Shown: positions 59,046 to 64,000 of the stretch, piece by piece | Layout of the letters: each line of letters opens with the position of its first letter | Position numbering within the stretch: position 1 is the first letter of the stretch | Assembly (NCBI GenBank): GCA_038231275.1 | Contig: JBBRLQ010000032.1 | Coordinates: 1-64,000, forward strand | Direction of reading: 5' to 3' | Source of the DNA: Polyangiales bacterium | GTDB lineage: Bacteria > Myxococcota_A > Polyangia > Polyangiales > Polyangiaceae | Length of the DNA: 64,000 nucleotides | Program-made: the position numbers and the translations under genes | The notes under the pieces: generated by a model | Seen by the model: the letters and a program-made list of their open reading frames with translations, nothing else | Told to the model about the DNA's origin: nothing | Databases searched by the model: none

Positions 59046-59069
59046 TTGTATTACAAATTTGTATTACAA
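59046..59069. promoter_or_regulatory. Tandem palindromic operator-like site
   Basis: TTGTATTACAA at 59046-59056 and 59059-59069, an AT-rich island in GC-rich DNA. Confidence 0.65.
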
Positions 59070-59131
59070 ATACCATGATCGATGAGCCCGGGATTGGCAC
59101 ACGATGCCGGGGTCCCCAGTCGAACGCCCTT

Positions 59132-60955
59132 TCAACGAGTCGTGGCGATCCACGCCGCGACGTTCTCCTCGAGGACATCGAGCGGAACGGCGCCGGCGCC
59201 GAGCACCACGTCGTGGAAGGCGCGTAGGTCGAACCTCTCGCCTAGCTTCTCGGTGGCCTCGGCGCGGAGCGCTCGGATCTTCAGCTGGCCGACCTTGTAC
59301 GCGAGCGCCTGTCCCGGCCATGCGATGTAGCGATCGACTTCGTTGACGACATCCAGCTCCTGTCGCGGGGAGTTGTCGAGGAAGTAGTCGATCGCGCGCT
59401 TGCGGTCCCACTTCTGGGCGTGCATGCCGGTGTCGATCACGAGGCGCACCGCGCGCCACATCTCGTAGGCGAGCTGTCCGAACTTGGCGTACGGATCGTC
59501 GTAGAGCCCCATCTCGTCGCCGAGCGACTCGGAGTAGAGCGCCCACCCCTCGACGAAGGCGGTGAACTGGGCGTGGCGCCGGAACCGCGGCAGATCCTTC
59601 TGCTCCATCGCGAGTGCGATCTGGAGGTGGTGCCCGGGGACAGCCTCGTGCATGGTGAGGGCCATCATCTCCCACGTGGGCCGCGCTTCCGGCTTCCACA
59701 GGTTGACCATGTACGTACCTGCGCGTGAGCCGTCGGCGGCCCCGGGTCGGTAGTAGGCGGTGGTCTGATCAGGCGCGGCGATGGCGGGGATTGGCTCGAC
59801 TCCGTACGGCTGGCGCGGGAGCGTCCGGAACACCTTCACCAGGTTGGGGTCGATGCGCTTGGACGTGACGACGTAGGCGCGGAAGAGTTCCTCGGGAGTC
59901 TTGCAGTAAAAGCGCGGATCCTTCCGTAGGAACGTGAAAAACGCTTTCAGCGAGCCTCTGAACCCCGTCGTCTCCTTCACGCGCTCCATCTCCGCGCGGA
60001 TGCGCGCCACCTCGGAGAGCCCGAGCTCGTGGATCTCCTTTGGCGTGAGGCGCGTCGTAGTGTGGTGCCGCGCGAGGAACGCATACGCATCGTCGCCGCG
60101 AGGAAGCTGCCACGCGCCGACCTCCTTCGTGCACGCGGGTAGGTACTCGCTCGTGAGGAACGCCTCGAGTCGCTTCAGAGCAGGGAGCACCGTGTCCTCG
60201 ACGCGGGCGCGCGCGGCCTTCTGGAGGCGCTCGCGCTCGGCAGCGGGAATGCTGGCCGGCATGCGCGTGAACGGCGCGTAGAAGGCGCTCTTCGTCGGGT
60301 TCTGAACCTGCCCAGCGCGCAGGCGCGAAGGAAGACGCTCCATGATGACGCGCGGGTGGACGACCTTCTGGCGGATGCCCTCGCGCATCACCTCGATCGT
60401 GCGATCCGCGTACGTCCCGTACGCTCCCAGCCGCTCCAGCCAGTCCTCGAAGTCTTTCACCGTCGTGAAGCGCAGCTCGTCGGCGAGCTCGTCGGCGGTC
60501 TGGATGCCCTCCATCTGGCTCATCGGAAGGAGGTGGCGCAGAAACACGAAGCCCTCGTGCGCGTCGTCGTAGCCGCGGCGAAAAAGGGTCAGGTTGAGCC
60601 GGTCCGCAGGGGAGAGACCGAGCTTGGCGAGCCGATCCAGCGCCGCGAGCACCTCTTCGTCGTGCGCGTGGCGTCGCGCGATTGCGGCGAGGGATGGGTC
60701 CGGCCAGCGGTCATTGTACCGGAGGTCACCGAGTCGCGAGGCCCACTCAGGGTCTTCGCGCATCCACGTATCCCACTCGGAGTCCAGGAGCGCGGCGAGC
60801 TCCGCGTTGGGGCTCGGCGTCGGCGTCGAGGCCGAGGCGGGTGCGGTCGACCGTGGTGCGCCAACCAACGGCGCGGCTGCCGGCGATGTGGCCGCCGGTG
60901 GCGGTGCACAGGCGACGAGGGCGGCGGCGAGGACTATCGAGACGTGGGCGCGCAT
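59132..60955 (-). CDS. DUF885 family lipoprotein
   Basis: LVAC lipobox; HEAVPGHHLQ, FVEGWALYSE, RAVRLVIDTGMH, PGQALAYKVG. Confidence 0.92.
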   Translation of the reverse strand: MRAHVSIVLAAALVACAPPPAATSPAAAPLVGAPRSTAPASASTPTPSPNAELAALLDSEWDTWMREDPEWASRLGDLRYNDRWPDPSLAAIARRHAHDEEVLAALDRLAKLGLSPADRLNLTLFRRGYDDAHEGFVFLRHLLPMSQMEGIQTADELADELRFTTVKDFEDWLERLGAYGTYADRTIEVMREGIRQKVVHPRVIMERLPSRLRAGQVQNPTKSAFYAPFTRMPASIPAAERERLQKAARARVEDTVLPALKRLEAFLTSEYLPACTKEVGAWQLPRGDDAYAFLARHHTTTRLTPKEIHELGLSEVARIRAEMERVKETTGFRGSLKAFFTFLRKDPRFYCKTPEELFRAYVVTSKRIDPNLVKVFRTLPRQPYGVEPIPAIAAPDQTTAYYRPGAADGSRAGTYMVNLWKPEARPTWEMMALTMHEAVPGHHLQIALAMEQKDLPRFRRHAQFTAFVEGWALYSESLGDEMGLYDDPYAKFGQLAYEMWRAVRLVIDTGMHAQKWDRKRAIDYFLDNSPRQELDVVNEVDRYIAWPGQALAYKVGQLKIRALRAEATEKLGERFDLRAFHDVVLGAGAVPLDVLEENVAAWIATTR

Positions 60956-61043
60956 CGACGCAGACTGTACCTGAGGAGAAATGAGCGGCGGGCGGTGCTT
61001 TTTTCGTGCGACCTGCGCGCCGCCGAGGGCTCTTCACGACGAA

Positions 61044-61745
61044 ATGAACCCGAACCCCGCCACGAGTGCCGCCGTGTTCCTCCCCGCTTTCGCCGTCGCC
61101 CTCGCGTCGACCGGGTGCGCGTCCGTAGCGTTCAAGCCCGGCGTCCAGACGATCGGCGAGTACAAGAACACCGCGAAGGTCGCGGCGGCGGCCGAAGACA
61201 TGAAGCCCCACGAAGGAGAGCACGTGAAGGTCCTCATCGAGGCGGTCCCGGAGGGAATGGCCATCAAGGCCGGCCAGCTCCTGTTCGACCACGAGCGGTA
61301 CGATCTCCTCGGCAAAGTCACCGCCGACTACAAGAACCCCGGCGGCGTGAACATGGGGGTCTGGGTCTACGACTACAAGGAGGGCGAGACGTGGCGAACC
61401 GGCCTCTGCGCGTGGCAGGTGCCGCTGTCCTGGGTGACGCTGACGATGTGGTCATGGCTCTCGCCCACGTACTATCCGTGCCGCGTCACCGCCGGCAGCG
61501 AGGAGGATCGTCGGCAGGAAATCGTCGCGACGCTGCAGCGCACGACGAAGGCGCTCGGCGGCGATCTCGTCATCGTCGCCGGCTTCGGCGGCGTCGACTT
61601 CGTCACGGTCAACGGGCACACCGGCGTCGTAGTTGCGTCGAGCAGCGTCGGGACGCTCTCCGGCCTCGGCTACGCGTTTCGGGTGAAAGGCGCCGCGCCA
61701 GCCCCCGCGAAGGCGACGCCGGCCAAGGGCTCGACGAGCATTTGA
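61044..61745 (+). CDS. Hypothetical lipoprotein
   Basis: ASTGC lipobox; strong GC3 bias; internal hydrophobic segment. Confidence 0.75.
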   Translation: MNPNPATSAAVFLPAFAVALASTGCASVAFKPGVQTIGEYKNTAKVAAAAEDMKPHEGEHVKVLIEAVPEGMAIKAGQLLFDHERYDLLGKVTADYKNPGGVNMGVWVYDYKEGETWRTGLCAWQVPLSWVTLTMWSWLSPTYYPCRVTAGSEEDRRQEIVATLQRTTKALGGDLVIVAGFGGVDFVTVNGHTGVVVASSSVGTLSGLGYAFRVKGAAPAPAKATPAKGSTSI

Positions 61746-62297
61746 AGCCGGTCACCCTTTCGGGTGACATCGCGCGACAATGTGGGGCCGCTCCTCGCCA
61801 TTCGCACGGTCGCGAGCCCGCCGCCACGCATCGCGGGGGGGCCGATCCTCAATCGAAGTGTAAGGCTGGCCTGTTCGCCACGACCGGCAGCGTGCTCCGG
61901 ATGACGGACACTGCGACGAACACGATCCAGAACCTCGAATACAGCACGACGCCGGACGGCCTCGCCGTCTTCATGCGATCTGGCGAGGGCGCCGTCGACG
62001 AGGAGCTTCGTCAGCCGTACTACGTCGTATGGAACTCCAAGCGCCGGTGAAAGGTGCGCCGACGCGCGCGGAGCTGGAACGATCCTGCTCGCGCGGGTCC
62101 AGCTCGACGTGGCCCGCGTAGAGGCGCGTGACGCTCACGAACCACGTCGCGAGGCGGCGCGAGGGAGCCCGCGTATCCCGCGATCGGACTGGATCGACGA
62201 GACGCCACTCCAGGAGCTGGTTTCGCGAGCTTACAGCCGAAATTATCGCCTCCAGTCCGCTCAACCACCAGGTACGCGTGTTGCTTACATGTCAGCC

Positions 62298-63311
62298 ATG
62301 CAACGAATCCGAGTCCTGTTCGCCGCGGCGGCGATGGTTTGCGTTCACTGTTCGGCGCCACCGGACGCGGGGACGACGAGCGACGATCAGAATCAGACGG
62401 GCGGCAAGGCGTCGCGCAGCTGGGGCTCGCATCCGGCGATCGTGGAGATCGATCAGGCCGACGAGATCTACGCCGTCAGCGACGCGCACGGTGAGTACGA
62501 CGTCTTCGTGAAGCTGCTCGCGGGGAACAAGCTCATCGACTCGGCGAGCTCCGATCCCACGAAGGTGAAGTGGACGGCCGGCGCGGCGATCCTCGTCATT
62601 GCCGGCGACATGATCGACAAGGGACCGGAGTCGCTCAAGGTCATCGATCTCGTCCGGACGCTGGAGGCGAGCGCGGCGCACAGCGGCGGACGCGTCGTGG
62701 CGACGATGGGCAACCACGAGGCCGAGTTCCTCCTCGATCCGGGAAACCAAAAGGCGACCTCTACCGGCCAAGACGCAACCGGCATCGACACCAACCTCAA
62801 GGCCGCCCACATCGATCCGAAGTCGCTCGTGAAGGGCACCGACGCGGGCGGGCGCGGGAAGTGGATGACGGACCTGCCCTTCGGCGTGCGCATCAAGAAG
62901 TGGTTCTTCTCGCACGGCGGCAACACGCAGAAGATGTCGATCAAGGATCTCGAAAAGAAGCTCGAGAACGGGCTCGACCACAACGGCTTCGGCGACAACG
63001 ACATCACCGGCAACGACTCGATCCTCGAGGCGCAGAGTTGGTACGGCAACCCCGACGACAACAACGCGGGCCAGAAAGAGGCCGACGCGCTGGGCGTGAG
63101 TCACATCGTCTTCGGCCATGATCCGGGCGCGTTTGGCGAGCACGGGAGCGTGCGCGCGTCGAAGAACGGCGTGCTCTTCAAGATCGACACGGCGATGGGC
63201 ATCCACGAATCGAGCGGCGTCGGCAATGGGTACCTCCTGCACATCACGACGCGGGGGCAAGACTCGGCCGAGGTGTTGGACGACAAGGGGAACGGGAAGA
63301 AGCTCCTCTAA
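62298..63311 (+). CDS. Exported calcineurin-like metallophosphoesterase (Shelph-like)
   Basis: SDAHG, GDMIDKG, MGNHE, SHGG, FGHD, KIDT; signal peptide with Cys. Confidence 0.9.
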   Translation: MQRIRVLFAAAAMVCVHCSAPPDAGTTSDDQNQTGGKASRSWGSHPAIVEIDQADEIYAVSDAHGEYDVFVKLLAGNKLIDSASSDPTKVKWTAGAAILVIAGDMIDKGPESLKVIDLVRTLEASAAHSGGRVVATMGNHEAEFLLDPGNQKATSTGQDATGIDTNLKAAHIDPKSLVKGTDAGGRGKWMTDLPFGVRIKKWFFSHGGNTQKMSIKDLEKKLENGLDHNGFGDNDITGNDSILEAQSWYGNPDDNNAGQKEADALGVSHIVFGHDPGAFGEHGSVRASKNGVLFKIDTAMGIHESSGVGNGYLLHITTRGQDSAEVLDDKGNGKKLL

Positions 63312-63413
63312 CGTCGAGAGTCCGTTGAGGTGAACGAGACGCTCACGCCGAGGGGCCCTTTGATGTAGGGTGCACGCTCGAGTTCGGGGAAATTTCGCGG
63401 AAGAGGCGCACCC

Positions 63414-64000
63414 ATGAAGAGCTCGTTGGTCCGGTCAAGTTGCGGCGCGATCGTATTCGCATCGGCGGTGGTTGGTTGCGGTAGCGCGCCGGTCTCGGAC
63501 ACCTCCGAGAGCACGTCGAAGGAGCAGGAGGCCTTGAGCTCTGATCCCGGCGCGCTGATCAAGATGGAGATGCAGTCGACCGTGGGAGTCCTGCTCGACG
63601 AGATCCCCGCGGGACCGCAGCGCGAAGCAGCCGCGAACCAGGCGCTCGCGCGAGGACGCCAGTTCTGGATCGATCGCGCCCTCCGCCAGGTGAAGCTCAG
63701 CGCGTACCGGCTCGTCTTCCGCGGCGACTACTACGCCAAGAGCAAGGGCCCCCTGCCGCTCACCCCCATCTCGACCTGGACGATCGACCCCGTCGGGAGT
63801 GCGCACCGCGTCACGACTCCGAAGCACGACACGATCGTGATCGACTACACCTTCGAATCGCACATCCTCGCCGATAGCGCTTCTCCGGCCGTGGTCGAAC
63901 CGAGGCTCGGAAAGATCGGAGCCACCTGGCAAGAGGATCTCGTGTTCCCGAACGACCCGGAGCTGATCCTCGAGCGCACCGGGTACGCGTGCATGGACGA
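63414..64000 (+). CDS. Hypothetical lipoprotein (partial, runs off the window)
   Basis: Manual translation MKSSLVRSSCGAIVFASAVVGC...MQSTVGVLLDEIP...DPELILERTGYACMD; no stop before 64000. Confidence 0.8.
   Translation, partial: MKSSLVRSSCGAIVFASAVVGCGSAPVSDTSESTSKEQEALSSDPGALIKMEMQSTVGVLLDEIPAGPQREAAANQALARGRQFWIDRALRQVKLSAYRLVFRGDYYAKSKGPLPLTPISTWTIDPVGSAHRVTTPKHDTIVIDYTFESHILADSASPAVVEPRLGKIGATWQEDLVFPNDPELILERTGYACMD

Noticed and set aside
61750..62290. Short ORFs or gene remnants between the lipoprotein and metallophosphoesterase genes (for example 61901..62050 +)
   Set aside because: No clear RBS or motif; may be degenerate fragments but unsupported

Overview
High-GC (roughly 70% by eye) bacterial chromosomal DNA. 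The gene content points to a myxobacterium (Myxococcota, probably Polyangia): Hanks-type Ser/Thr kinases, FHA-sigma54 activators, an AgmX/PglI-type domain, a MYXO-CTERM-like tail and many Cys-rich lipoproteins with Asp-Ala-Gly linkers. This assignment is inference. About 50 CDSs are supported; I found no rRNA, tRNA, CRISPR array or transposase. Three multi-gene systems stand out. (1) A tightly coupled 8-gene operon (28408-38033) puts glycogen synthase in front of two ATP-grasp ligases, an S51/cyanophycinase-like peptidase, a CBM48-like esterase, a second esterase, a GCS2-CBS ligase and an M14 deacylase; two further paralogous ATP-grasp genes lie 7 kb away. It suggests an uncharacterised glycogen-linked peptide/amide metabolism. 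(2) A 3-gene operon with a predicted sigma54 promoter (17745-23945) looks like a split bacterial counterpart of vitellogenin/MTP-type large lipid transfer proteins. (3) A 3-gene operon (42745-44803) encodes two monoheme lipoprotein cytochromes and an outer-membrane beta-barrel carrying its own CxxCH motif. Also present: two kinase/FHA-activator/sigma54-target cassettes, frequent TAnnnT-N6-8-start (leaderless-type) promoters, a DUF3494 ice-binding-like lipoprotein, a zeta-toxin-like pair and a small decaying patch with MCP and FHA pseudogenes. All family calls come from motif recognition by eye, with no database searches.
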